From: a virus
Lineage: Duplodnaviria > Caudoviricetes
Virus record (IMG/VR): IMGVR_UViG_2675903153_000001
Location: 3,467 to 67,466 of that record
Reading direction: 5' to 3' (one strand)
DNA: 64,000 nucleotides
Shown here one piece after another: positions 8,873 through 18,394 of the stretch. A model generated the notes under the pieces. That model did no database searches and was not told where the DNA came from. It saw only the letters and a list, made by a program, of their open reading frames with translations. Position 1 is the stretch's first letter, and the number at the start of each line of letters is the position of its first letter. The position numbers and the translations under genes are program-made.

Positions 8873-10278
8873 CGGCCGCCGCGTCGCACCCGTTCCTTGC
8901 CGTGCTCGAAGCGGCCGGCCTCTACACCCCGAACGGGCACGCCGTCACCGTTGACCTGTCGGATCTCCCAGCCGCCGCCGCCGGCGACCCGGCGGCGGCC
9001 CACTACGCCGAAAAGGCATTGGAGTACGAAGCGGACGCGGTCGCCGCGTCCACCGAGGGCACCCGCAACGACAACCTCAACCGCGCCTGTTTCAAGATCG
9101 GCAGTCTCGTCGCCGCCGGCCACCTCGACGCCCAGCACGCCATAGACACCCTGATCGCGGCCGCCCGGGTGTCCGGGCTTCCCGCCAGCGAAATCAACCA
9201 CGTCGTCTACCGCGCCACGCGCGAGGGCGGCGCCGAACCCCGCGTCGTCAAGCTCGAACCCGTCAAGGGCTACCGCCCGGCGTACACGTTGGACGGCCCA
9301 CCCCCGGCGCCCCCCGGCGCCGCCGGGGTATCAACCTCCGGGGCCGTTGACACCGGTGCGACCGACACGGTCGCCCTCAACACCGCGTACCCGCCGCTCG
9401 ATTGGCGCGAGACCTGGTCACGCACACCCGAAGACGTCGATTGGCTGGCGTACCCGGTACTCGAGCGCGGCGGCATGTACGCCCTGTACAGCCCGGCGAA
9501 GGCCGGCAAGTCGCTGTTCGCGCTCGACCTGTGCGCCGCCATCGCCGCGGGCCGATCCGCGCTCGGACAACCGCCCGCGGCCCCGGCGACGGTGCTCTAC
9601 GTCGACTTGGAAAACCATGTCACCGACATCGTGGGCCGGCTCAAAGACATGGGGTACCAGCCGTCCGAACTGGACAGGCTCATCTACCTCAGCTTCCCGG
9701 CCCTCCCTGCGCTGGACACCCGCGTCGGCGGCGCCCAGCTGTTCGCCGAGGCCACCCGGCATCGCGCCGAGATGGTCGTGATCGACACGGTCAGCCGGGT
9801 CATCAGCGGCGAGGAGAACAGCGCCGACACGTTCAACGCCCTGTACCGGTATTCGTGCGTGCCGCTCAAGGCGGCCGGGATCACCGTGCTGCGGCTCGAC
9901 CACGCCGGCAAGGACGAAGACCGCGGGATGCGCGGGTCGTCGGCGAAGATCTCGGACGTCGACGTGGCGTGGAAGCTGACCCGCACCAGTGAAAGCCGGG
10001 TCCGGCTGGACCGGATCGCGTGCCGCAACGCCCACCATCCCGACTCGGTGATCCTCGACCAGCACGACATGCCGTTACGGCACGTGCTGTTGCCCGGCAG
10101 TGGCCTGCCGGACCGGGTCGCGCAGATCGTGCGGACCCTCGACCGGCTCGCCGTGCCGGCCGACTGGGGCCGGGATCGGGTGCGGCACATGCTCGCCGAG
10201 CGGGGGATCAAGGTCCGTAACGACGCCCTCGGCGAGGCCCTTCGGGTGCGCCGAACGACCTTCACCGGGGGTGCCTGA
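8869..10278 (+). CDS. AAA/RecA-type replicative helicase with primase C-terminal-like N-domain
   Basis: EGTRNDNLNRA; Walker A SPAKAGKS, VLYVDLEN, VVIDT, DHAGK...RGSSAK. Confidence 0.85.
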   Translation: MTAAASHPFLAVLEAAGLYTPNGHAVTVDLSDLPAAAAGDPAAAHYAEKALEYEADAVAASTEGTRNDNLNRACFKIGSLVAAGHLDAQHAIDTLIAAARVSGLPASEINHVVYRATREGGAEPRVVKLEPVKGYRPAYTLDGPPPAPPGAAGVSTSGAVDTGATDTVALNTAYPPLDWRETWSRTPEDVDWLAYPVLERGGMYALYSPAKAGKSLFALDLCAAIAAGRSALGQPPAAPATVLYVDLENHVTDIVGRLKDMGYQPSELDRLIYLSFPALPALDTRVGGAQLFAEATRHRAEMVVIDTVSRVISGEENSADTFNALYRYSCVPLKAAGITVLRLDHAGKDEDRGMRGSSAKISDVDVAWKLTRTSESRVRLDRIACRNAHHPDSVILDQHDMPLRHVLLPGSGLPDRVAQIVRTLDRLAVPADWGRDRVRHMLAERGIKVRNDALGEALRVRRTTFTGGA

Positions 10279-10289
10279 AATGTCCGAAA

Positions 10290-10436
10290 ACCTGTCCGGG
10301 ACAGGTGGGACGGACACCACCTGTCCCGTCCACATGGGACAGCCGGGGACCGAGCCCATGTTTGCCCAGCTCAGACCTGTCCCCGTCCACCTGGGACACC
10401 CCGGGACACCCCCATCGCCACCACCTGTCCCCGTCC
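10290..10436. repeat. ACCTGTCC iteron-like repeats and palindrome; candidate replication origin
   Basis: ACCTGTCC-G-GGACAGGT (10290-10306); ACCTGTCCC(C)GTCC at 10319, 10375, 10423. Confidence 0.6.
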
Positions 10437-10522
10437 CCCTCCCTCTAAAGGAGGGGACGGGTGGGTCAGGGGCCGTCCGGAACGGCCCGAAACCGCCAGA
10501 CCATCGCCCGGGAGGCGACGTT

Positions 10523-10684
10523 GTGAAGCTGACTATCTCGCCGCTCGCGTGGTTCCTCATCACCGTGTACGGCGCCCTCGGTGCGCTCATCCTCTGGGGC
10601 ACCCTCGAAGACCCCTGGTGGCTCGGCATCGCCGTGTGGCTGCTGCTGCTGGCCCGCTGGCCCGGCGAAGGGCAAGCCGAATGA
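10523..10684 (+). CDS. Small membrane protein
   Basis: GGAGG RBS; two hydrophobic helices. Confidence 0.6.
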   Translation: MKLTISPLAWFLITVYGALGALILWGTLEDPWWLGIAVWLLLLARWPGEGQAE

Positions 10685-11241
10685 CCACGATCGTCGGCAT
10701 CGACCTGTCCTTGACCAGCACGGGCCTCGCCCGGATCACCACCGACGGCCGCAAGTGGATCGTTGAAACGAACTGCCGGCAGTCCAAACCCACCGGGACC
10801 AATCTCGCCGCCCGGGACAGCCGCATCCGCGGCATCCGCGACGACGTGATCGCCTGGACCACGCCATGCCGGCTCGCCGTCATCGAGGCGCCCATACCGC
10901 ACGGCCACGGCGCCGGCACGTTCGAACGAGCCTGGTTATGGGGTGCCGTCGTCTCAGCCCTGATCGGCCGCCACGTGCCCGTCGTCGCGATCCCGCCGGC
11001 GACCCGCGCCAAGTTCGCCGCCGCGTCCGGTGGGGCCGACAAAGCCGCCGTCGCGCTCGCGGCGAACCGGATGTGGCCGTCGTGGACACCCGGTGTCCCG
11101 CACGGCGTCAACGACCAGGCCGACGCCTTGGCCTTGGGATCGATCGGTGTGGTCCTCGCCGGCCTCACGCCGCCGTTCCTCATGCCCGCCTATCGCGTCG
11201 ACGCCCTCAAGAAACTCCCGCGAATGGAGCGCGCAGCGTGA
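10681..11241 (+). CDS. RuvC-like Holliday junction resolvase
   Basis: IVGIDLSLTSTG, VIEAP, ADKAAV, DQADA. Confidence 0.85.
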   Translation: MTTIVGIDLSLTSTGLARITTDGRKWIVETNCRQSKPTGTNLAARDSRIRGIRDDVIAWTTPCRLAVIEAPIPHGHGAGTFERAWLWGAVVSALIGRHVPVVAIPPATRAKFAAASGGADKAAVALAANRMWPSWTPGVPHGVNDQADALALGSIGVVLAGLTPPFLMPAYRVDALKKLPRMERAA

Positions 11242-11423
11242 AGCCCAGCGACCACATGTCGACGTCCTACCACCTGGTCAGCGCCTACGCCGTCGACCCG
11301 GAAACCCGTACCCGAGCCGCCCGGGTCGTCGCCGCCAACGCGCGAGACGCCGCCGACCTCCGCCTGTTGTTCGACGTGCTCGGACTCGCCGACCAGACGA
11401 CCACAACTGAGGTGACCCCGTGA
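11238..11423 (+). CDS. Small conserved actinophage protein
   Basis: AARVVAANARDAADLRLLFDVLGL; GTGA coupling. Confidence 0.65.
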   Translation: MKPSDHMSTSYHLVSAYAVDPETRTRAARVVAANARDAADLRLLFDVLGLADQTTTTEVTP

Positions 11424-11680
11424 CCAACCCCCAATGCCGATGCCCCGACCAACGCCACACGCCGCCGAACGCCGCGCCCGAAAACGTCCTGGCGAAACTG
11501 CCGCAGCGCATCCACGCGGCACGCACCCGCAAGAACATGACCATGCGCGACCTCGCCGCCGAGATCGGCGTGAGCGTCAGCACCATCCACCGCATCGAAT
11601 CCCGGCGGGCACAGTCGCCGTTGCCCAAGTGGTTCCCCGCGATGATGCAATGGCTCACCGATGCGGAGACCGGCCAGTGA
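11420..11680 (+). CDS. XRE-family HTH protein
   Basis: MTMRDLAAEIGVSVSTIHRIES. Confidence 0.85.
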   Translation: MTNPQCRCPDQRHTPPNAAPENVLAKLPQRIHAARTRKNMTMRDLAAEIGVSVSTIHRIESRRAQSPLPKWFPAMMQWLTDAETGQ

Positions 11681-11871
11681 TCGCCCGCAAGCGCATCACC
11701 GGCAACGCCAACGACCCCCAACGCGGGATGACGCTGGACGAAATCGCCGCATGGCTGGACTACGCGCGGGCGTCCGGCGGCCACGGCAACGACCGAGTCC
11801 ACGTCGTCACCAACCGGCATCACGGCCTCAAGATCATCTCGGTCGAGATCACGGGAGACCTGCGTCAATGA
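11677..11871 (+). CDS. Hypothetical protein
   Basis: GTGA coupling; GMTLDEIAAWLD. Confidence 0.55.
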   Translation: MIARKRITGNANDPQRGMTLDEIAAWLDYARASGGHGNDRVHVVTNRHHGLKIISVEITGDLRQ

Positions 11872-12137
11872 ACCGGATCGAAGACCCCCGCGTCGGTCAG
11901 TACGAACGTGAGCGAGCCGAGGCAATCGATATCGCGCATCGGGCGATGTCAACGTCGTACATCGGGGCGCCCCCGCCGGGCCTGCGCGGTGACGCCGACC
12001 GCATGGTGGCGGCGCTGCTGGCGGCAGGCTGGACGCCGCCCAGTGAGCTGACGGCCGAGTACGCCACGGCCGGCATGAAGACCTACCGGCGGCGCGTCAT
12101 CGTCGTCGAAGACTGGACGGAGGTACCCCGTGGATGA
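11868..12137 (+). CDS. Hypothetical protein
   Basis: GGAG RBS; ATGA coupling. Confidence 0.55.
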   Translation: MNRIEDPRVGQYERERAEAIDIAHRAMSTSYIGAPPPGLRGDADRMVAALLAAGWTPPSELTAEYATAGMKTYRRRVIVVEDWTEVPRG

Positions 12138-12867
12138 ATGCCACCACCGTTGCCACCGTGGCCCCCGGTGCGCTCGGTGGCAACGCCACCCCGACACCGG
12201 CGCCCGGATCGGTGCCGAAATCAACGCCGACCGTGGGTTGTGCACCGCGTGCACAGTCCACCTCGGCGACGTCCTCGGCGAGCTCCCGCGCGACTACGTC
12301 GAATTACACCGCGTCCTCGCCCGCATCGCCCGGCCCGGCGCCGACGTTGTCACCGGCACCCGAGACCTCCCGATCCCCGTCCGGGCCGACGTCGAAGCTC
12401 TCATGGCCGAAATCGTGCATGAAGCGATCTGCTGGGCCGAGTCCACAAGCGACGTGCTCGGCATCGTGATGGACACGCAAGTCACCCGCGATTCACGGCC
12501 CGGCGTGGCCCTGCAGCGCGCCGCGCGCATCCTCGCCAACGCCGTGCCCGTGTTCCTCGCCCTGCGCGACGTCGAGCACGTCGAACACGCCGGCCTGGTC
12601 GACGGCATTGCCACGGTCCTCGTCCGCGACGGCCTCGACGGCGCCGTCCTCCTGCTCGACCGGCATCACCGCGCCCGCGCCGTCATCGGGCAGACCCGAA
12701 AAATCAACCACTTGCCGTCGCCCTGCCCGCGGTGCCAATACCTCAGCTTGGAGCGTGAAGACGGCGACGACGTCATCCATTGCCGCGCCTGTCTGCGGGA
12801 TTACACGTGGGAGGAATACGACACGTTGTGCAGCATTCTCGCCGATCGCAAAGGCTTCGCGGCGTGA
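12130..12867 (+). CDS. Zn-binding conserved phage protein, possible late-gene regulator
   Basis: N-terminal Cys/His cluster; C-terminal CPRC...CRAC; position at end of early region. Confidence 0.65.
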   Translation: MDECHHRCHRGPRCARWQRHPDTGARIGAEINADRGLCTACTVHLGDVLGELPRDYVELHRVLARIARPGADVVTGTRDLPIPVRADVEALMAEIVHEAICWAESTSDVLGIVMDTQVTRDSRPGVALQRAARILANAVPVFLALRDVEHVEHAGLVDGIATVLVRDGLDGAVLLLDRHHRARAVIGQTRKINHLPSPCPRCQYLSLEREDGDDVIHCRACLRDYTWEEYDTLCSILADRKGFAA

Positions 12868-13247
12868 GTCCCCGGCGCAAACAGCCCGATCCGTGGCCGT
12901 GGCCGGCCGACACGCCCACCGAGCGTGCCCGCCGGATCGCCCGCACCTACCGGGACGCGTACGCCGCCGTCGCTCCCGAGGCGTGCCGCGAGCTCGACGG
13001 CCGGGTTCAGGGCCTCGGTCAGGGCTGGATCGTGCCCGCCGTCGCGCAGTTCAGCGACGACGACTTGCTGACCGTCGAAGAACTGGCGGACTTCTGCCGC
13101 GTCCAGCCCGGGACGATCGACCAGTGGTGTTCTCGCGGACTGGCCAGTGTGGACACCCCGGACGGTCGGCGATTCCTCATCCGCGACGCCCTCGAATACC
13201 AGGCACGGGCACGCCGCCGCCGGGCCGGACTTGGCGAAAGCGGCTGA
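12864..13247 (+). CDS. HTH (MerR/excisionase-like) DNA-binding protein
   Basis: WPWPADTPTERARRIA; LLTVEELADFCRVQPGTIDQWCSRG. Confidence 0.75.
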   Translation: MSPRRKQPDPWPWPADTPTERARRIARTYRDAYAAVAPEACRELDGRVQGLGQGWIVPAVAQFSDDDLLTVEELADFCRVQPGTIDQWCSRGLASVDTPDGRRFLIRDALEYQARARRRRAGLGESG

Positions 13248-13321
13248 CAGTATTACCGTGTGCACCAAGCACACGTGCGCCCGAAATCCGGCGCCGACGT
13301 CAATTCCCATTTGATTGTCTC

Positions 13322-13528
13322 GTGTTTCCACGCGCGACCTACCGTCTTCAGATCTCGACCAACTACGGCCACGTACTGACGGTCGACATCGACGCGGCTG
13401 ACGCGGCTGACGCCGTCACAGCCGCCAATGACCAGCTCCGCGCCGGCGTTCTCGAAATGCCGGACGGGGAGGTCGTTCGCGGTGCCATCGTCCACCTCAA
13501 TGTCCGGCCGCTACGCGGTGGACGGTGA
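13322..13528 (+). CDS. Small hypothetical protein
   Basis: Globular-looking 68 aa at 3' end of a long shadow ORF. Confidence 0.4.
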   Translation: MFPRATYRLQISTNYGHVLTVDIDAADAADAVTAANDQLRAGVLEMPDGEVVRGAIVHLNVRPLRGGR

Positions 13529-13703
13529 AAGGAATCCGCCGGCCTTGCCGTTCTGGATCGTCTGCCTCGGATGGGCACTGATCATCACCAGCCTGATCGC
13601 GACCGGCGCCGGAATCGGCGTCGTCGCCGAACGCGCTCGCACCCGCAACGCCGGTAGACACCGCCGCGAACGCGCCGAGCCCCACGCCGAGAGGACGTCA
13701 TGA
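13518..13703 (+). CDS. Small single-TM protein
   Basis: FWIVCLGWALIITSLIATGAGIGVV. Confidence 0.5.
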   Translation: MDGERNPPALPFWIVCLGWALIITSLIATGAGIGVVAERARTRNAGRHRRERAEPHAERTS

Positions 13704-13930
13704 TCACCGCGAAGGTCAAGTGCACCAGCAAGACCGTCCAGGGCGAACCCGGGGACGCCGGCCGCTTCGCGCAGGTCGCGTTCGCGGCCGACTACGCCGA
13801 CGGTCGCAACGCCGAATGGGCGTTGGCCACTCCGCACCTCACCGTGAACATGACCCTCAACGGGCAGGCCGCCGACCTGTTCGACCAGGGCACCGCCTAC
13901 ACCTTGCAGTTCGTCGAGAGCGACGACTGA
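13700..13930 (+). CDS. Small conserved phage protein
   Basis: GAGGA RBS; ITAKVKC...NAEWALATP...FDQG. Confidence 0.7.
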   Translation: MITAKVKCTSKTVQGEPGDAGRFAQVAFAADYADGRNAEWALATPHLTVNMTLNGQAADLFDQGTAYTLQFVESDD

Positions 13931-14101
13931 GACCCCCTCGGTGCTGCTGGCCGACCCGTAGGTAAGAGCAGGTCCAACGGGGTTTCACCGGCACCGGTCC
14001 GCGTCCCGAAGATGCCGGGCCGGTGACGCCCGGCGCAGATTACGGGTGGTCCCACCTGCCGCCAGCTTCCGAACCGCCACCAACGCGAAAGGGCAACCGC
14101 C

Positions 14102-14635
14102 GTGCCCACACGCATCATCGAACCCCTGCGCGGGCTCGCCGTCCCCATCGACAACCTGATCAGCGACCCCGACAACGCCCGCCGTGGCGACGTCGCCGCG
14201 ATCCGGCGCAGCCTCAACGTCTTCGGACAGCGCAAACCCGTCGTCGCGAAACTCACCGGCACCGACGCCGAAGGCCGGCCAACCGGCATCGTCACCGCCG
14301 GCAACCACACGTTGCAAGCGGCCCGAGACCTCGGCTGGTCCGACCTCGCCGCCGTGTTCGTCGACGACGACGCCACCACCGCCAAGGCGTACGCGCTCGC
14401 CGACAACCGAACTGCCGAACTGGCTACATGGGACGCCGACCAGCTCGCCGCGAACCTCCGCAGCCTCGCCGATGCCGAGTTCGACACCCTTGCCCTCGGC
14501 TGGTCGGAAACCGAACTCGACAAGCTGACCGGCGACCCGGCCGACCTGACCGAGTTCAAAGAGTACGACGAATCGGCCGCCGATGACGTCAAGCTCATGA
14601 CCTGCCCCGAATGCGGGCACGAATTCCCGCCGTGA
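14102..14635 (+). CDS. ParB/Srx-like nuclease-domain protein
   Basis: DPDNARRG, SLNVFGQRKPVV, AGNHTLQAARDLGW, ALADNRTAELATWD, CPECGHEF. Confidence 0.85.
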   Translation: MPTRIIEPLRGLAVPIDNLISDPDNARRGDVAAIRRSLNVFGQRKPVVAKLTGTDAEGRPTGIVTAGNHTLQAARDLGWSDLAAVFVDDDATTAKAYALADNRTAELATWDADQLAANLRSLADAEFDTLALGWSETELDKLTGDPADLTEFKEYDESAADDVKLMTCPECGHEFPP

Positions 14636-15732
14636 CCGGCTACGGCGCCGAGTTGACCGCCGCATGGGCCGCCCACACCGCGCCTCGCGAGCCGGACGCA
14701 CCCACCGTGGCGTCCCTGTTCGCCGGATGCGGCGGATCGTCTCTCGGCTACTCCATGGCCGGTTTCCGCGAACTACTCGCCGTCGAACGCGACCCGCACG
14801 CCGTAGCCATGTTCCGCCGCAACTTCCCCGACGTAGCCGTCTACCACGGCGACGTCACCGAGCTGGACCCCGCCGCACTGCCGCTCGCACCCGGCGAACT
14901 CGACGTGCTCGACGGGTCCCCACCGTGCCAAGGGTTCTCCCGCGCCGGCAAGTTCACCGCACGCGACACCCGCAACGACCTGTTCCGCCACTTCGTGCGC
15001 CTGCTCTCGGCATGGCAACCCCGGATGTTCGTGATGGAAAACGTCGCCGACATGATCCGGACACGGATGCGGGTCCGGTTCGCCGAAGTCCTCGCCGCGC
15101 TCCGCACCGCCGGCCCCGGCTACCGCGTCACCGCGCGCGTCCTGGACTCTTCATGGCTGCGGGTGCCGCAGTCCCGAAGCCGGATGATCTTCATCGGCGT
15201 ACGGTCCGATCTGGACGCCGAGCCGACCCACCCCACGCCGGTGTCCCGGCCTCTGACCGTGCGCCACGCCTGGGCCGACCTGGACAACCCCGGGCTGATC
15301 GTCCGCCCGACGGGGAAGTTCGTGGCTCTCGCCCCGATGATCGGTCCCGGCGAAAACGGCGCCAAGGCCCTCCGGGCAGCAGGACGCAAGCCCGCACAGT
15401 TCAACCTGTACCGGCTGTCATGGCACCGGCCGGCACCCGCATTGCCGAGCCTGTTCGGGACCAGCTGGGCCGGCTTCCTCCACCCCGCCGAAGACCGGTT
15501 CATCGGGTCGCGGGAGATGACCCGACTCCAGTCGTTCCCGGACGAATACGACTGGGGCGACTCGGCGTACAAGCTGATCCACGCCCGGGTGGGCAACAGC
15601 GTGCCGCCGTTGATGATGCGGGCCGTGGCCACCGCCGTCCGGTCCACACTGGACCAGACGCGCACCGGCCCGGTTGTGGGGCAGGGAGGCGCACCGTGTC
15701 CCGCACCGAGGCCACACGCGCCGGCAGGGTAG
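14632..15732 (+). CDS. DNA cytosine-5 methyltransferase 2
   Basis: SLFAGCGG, GSPPCQGFS, ENV, QSRSR, RLQSFPD, GNSVPP. Confidence 0.9.
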   Translation: MTGYGAELTAAWAAHTAPREPDAPTVASLFAGCGGSSLGYSMAGFRELLAVERDPHAVAMFRRNFPDVAVYHGDVTELDPAALPLAPGELDVLDGSPPCQGFSRAGKFTARDTRNDLFRHFVRLLSAWQPRMFVMENVADMIRTRMRVRFAEVLAALRTAGPGYRVTARVLDSSWLRVPQSRSRMIFIGVRSDLDAEPTHPTPVSRPLTVRHAWADLDNPGLIVRPTGKFVALAPMIGPGENGAKALRAAGRKPAQFNLYRLSWHRPAPALPSLFGTSWAGFLHPAEDRFIGSREMTRLQSFPDEYDWGDSAYKLIHARVGNSVPPLMMRAVATAVRSTLDQTRTGPVVGQGGAPCPAPRPHAPAG

Positions 15733-16055
15733 GCCGCGCGTGGCGCGAGGTCAGCTCCCGCGTCTACGCCGAAGAGACCCACTGCTGGATCTGCGGGGAC
15801 TACGTGGACCCCCGGTTGCACCCCCGGCACCCGCGGGCCCGCTCGGCTGACCATCTGATCCAGCTGAGCCACGGCGGCCACCCCACGCGGCGTGCCGGGC
15901 TCCGGCTCGCTCACCTCGGGTGCAACAGCGCGCGAGGCAACCGGCTACGGGCCGTCGCCCTCGGTGACTGCGCGTGCCAGCACGGTCGGCCGTGCGCGCC
16001 GCTCGCCAGCCACCAGCCGCGCGGCTACGTCGCCGTCGACGCGAGCAGCGTGTGA
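15696..16055 (+). CDS. Terminase-associated HNH endonuclease
   Basis: CWICG...ADHLIQLSHGG...AHLGCNSARG; GGAGG RBS. Confidence 0.85.
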   Translation: MSRTEATRAGRVGRAWREVSSRVYAEETHCWICGDYVDPRLHPRHPRARSADHLIQLSHGGHPTRRAGLRLAHLGCNSARGNRLRAVALGDCACQHGRPCAPLASHQPRGYVAVDASSV

Positions 16056-16141
16056 CGTCAGCATCTGACCTACTTGTCGTGAGTTAGCTCGGAGCTCGCA
16101 CCGTGTTCGTCAGCTACTCACGGGTAAGGACCGGCCGAGCC

Positions 16142-16360
16142 TGTGGACAGCCTTGTGGATCTTGTGGATGGTTGGGTAGTTGATCTCCACCGGGTCGAAG
16201 ATTGATCTCCAACCGGGACTTGGTGATCAACTACCGGGGGGTACCAAGATCACGTGGAGATCAACTCAGCTGACCCCGCGCCCCACGTCCCCCGCAGATC
16301 TCCCCCCGCGCTCGTGCGCAGGCCCGCCAACGGGTCCTCACATGTCAGTTGATCACAGTG
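16142..16360. other. Candidate cos/packaging-initiation region
   Basis: Non-coding gap between HNH and TerS; eight GATC, TGATCTCC(A)ACCGGG direct repeats, G-run/C-run tracts. Confidence 0.5.
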
Positions 16361-16498
16361 CGCGTTCGTAAGTTGTCGTGAGCAACCTGCCAACGTTTGC
16401 GCAGGTAGGAAGCTGACGGACCGGTGATGGTCAGGACCTTGACGACCTGTTAGCAGGAGATTTTCGGTGACGTTCTGTAGTCGGCGGGAGGTGCCGAC

Positions 16499-16936
16499 TT
16501 GGCCGCCTCGGAAGAGCAGAGAGCTAAGACCGCCGAGCGTCGCCGCCGGGCGGTCGCGATGCGTTTTGCCGGCGTCGATTACGAGACGATCGCCGAACGG
16601 CTTGGCTACGCCGGCCGCGCGGCGGCGTGCAAGGACATTCAGCGCGCGCTCGCCCCGAACATCGCTGAGGACGCCGCCCCGGCTACCGACGAACAGCGCG
16701 CGCTCGAACTGATGCGGCTGGACCGGCTACAGGCCGCCGCGTGGCCCGCGGTCCTCAAAGGAGACCTGCGCGCGATCGACACGGTCGTCCGGATCATCTC
16801 GACCCGGGCGAAGATCCGCCGCGACGCCGACGCCGCCGAGCGCGGAGCCCGGCAGGCCACCCCGGTTGCGGAGGTGAGTGGCATTGCCGATCTCACTGAG
16901 CGAATCGCCGCGCGGCGCGGGGCGGCCACGGGTTGA
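16499..16936 (+). CDS. terS: Terminase small subunit
   Basis: RRRRAVAMRFAGVDYETIAERLGY HTH; LELMRLDRLQAAAW; precedes TerL. Confidence 0.75.
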   Translation: MAASEEQRAKTAERRRRAVAMRFAGVDYETIAERLGYAGRAAACKDIQRALAPNIAEDAAPATDEQRALELMRLDRLQAAAWPAVLKGDLRAIDTVVRIISTRAKIRRDADAAERGARQATPVAEVSGIADLTERIAARRGAATG

Positions 16937-18392
16937 GGTTGTCCCGCCGCACGTGTTCAGCCTGGGCGCCGAGGCGGTCGAACTCGCCCGCCGCGCCGGC
17001 CTGGAACTGGACCCGTGGCAGCAGGACGCCCTACGGGTGATGTTGGCCGTCCGCGAGGACGGCAAGTGGGCGTGCTTCGAGTACGGCGAGATCGTGGCTC
17101 GCCAGAACGGCAAGGGCGCGATCCTCGAAGCGCGTGCGCTCGCGGGGCTGTTCCTGCTGGGCGAACGCCTGATCATGTGGAGCGCGCACGAGTACAAGAC
17201 CGCGATGGAAGCGTTTTTGCGGTTGCGGGCGCTCATCCGGAATCTCGAACACGTCGGCGTGATCCCGGCCGACACCGTGAAAACCTGCAACACCAACGGC
17301 GAAGAGAGCTTCGAGATCCGCGCCACCGGCCAGCGGCTCAAGTTCATCGCCCGCTCGAAGAGCAGTGGCCGCGGATTCTCCGGCGACTGCAACCTGATCG
17401 ACGAAAGCTTTGCCTACAGCGCAATCCAGCACGCCGCCCTACTCCCGACGATGAGCGCTCGCCAGAACCCGCAGATCGTGTACACGTCGTCGCCACCCCT
17501 GGACGGGGACAGCGGGGACGTCCTGTTCGCCCTCAAGGCGCGCGCCGAGGCCGGCGGTGACGACTCGCTCGGCTGGCGCGACTGGGGCCCGGCGGCGAAC
17601 CTGGACCAGCTCGACCGGCTCAACCTCGACGACGTCGCGTTGTGGGCCGCCACGAACCCGGCCATGGGCGTCCGGATCACCGAGGAGACGATTCGGCGGG
17701 AACGCCGGTCGATGGGTGCTCCGGAGTTCGCCCGCGAGCGGCTGAGTGTGTGGCCGCGGCAACTGATCGGCGGCGGCGCGATCGACCCCGCGAACTGGGC
17801 GGCCCTCATGGACCCCGAGTCGCGCCGGGACGGCGACGTCGCGATCGGCGTGGATATCGCGCCGGACCGCAACTATGCCGCGATCGGGCTGTATGGCCGC
17901 CGCGCCGACGGGTACGGCCACATGCAGATTGTGGACTACCGCCCGGGGACGGATTGGCTGCTGGACCGCATCCGGGAGTGGCGCGAGGCTGTCAACCCCG
18001 TCGCGATCGCCATGGGCCGGGCCTGCGCGGCGTCCCTGGACGTCGAGTTGGAAAAGGTCGGCATCACCCGGCCCGAAGACCCCGAGAAGCCGCGACGCGG
18101 CGATCTCGCGGTCACCAGCGCCATGGAGATGTCCGCCGCGTGCGGTCAGTTCCTCGATGGAGTCCGGCAGCGCACCGAACGGTACGTCCCCGACGCCGCA
18201 AACGCCCTGGACGCCTCGGTGGCCGGCGCCAAGGTCAAGCAGAACGGCGACACGCTCGTGTGGGCCCGCAAAGAGTCTGCCGCGGACACAAGCCCGCTGG
18301 TGGCCGTCACGGTCGCGCGGTGGGCATGGCACGCCCTGTCGCACCTGGTGGACCAGAACGTCAGTGCCGAACCGACGTTCGCGCTGCTCTGA
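16878..18392 (+). CDS. terL: Terminase large subunit
   Basis: LDPWQ, VARQNGKG, NLIDES, FARERL, GVDIAPDR. Confidence 0.92.
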   Translation: MALPISLSESPRGAGRPRVEVVPPHVFSLGAEAVELARRAGLELDPWQQDALRVMLAVREDGKWACFEYGEIVARQNGKGAILEARALAGLFLLGERLIMWSAHEYKTAMEAFLRLRALIRNLEHVGVIPADTVKTCNTNGEESFEIRATGQRLKFIARSKSSGRGFSGDCNLIDESFAYSAIQHAALLPTMSARQNPQIVYTSSPPLDGDSGDVLFALKARAEAGGDDSLGWRDWGPAANLDQLDRLNLDDVALWAATNPAMGVRITEETIRRERRSMGAPEFARERLSVWPRQLIGGGAIDPANWAALMDPESRRDGDVAIGVDIAPDRNYAAIGLYGRRADGYGHMQIVDYRPGTDWLLDRIREWREAVNPVAIAMGRACAASLDVELEKVGITRPEDPEKPRRGDLAVTSAMEMSAACGQFLDGVRQRTERYVPDAANALDASVAGAKVKQNGDTLVWARKESAADTSPLVAVTVARWAWHALSHLVDQNVSAEPTFALL

Positions 18393-18394
18393 CG

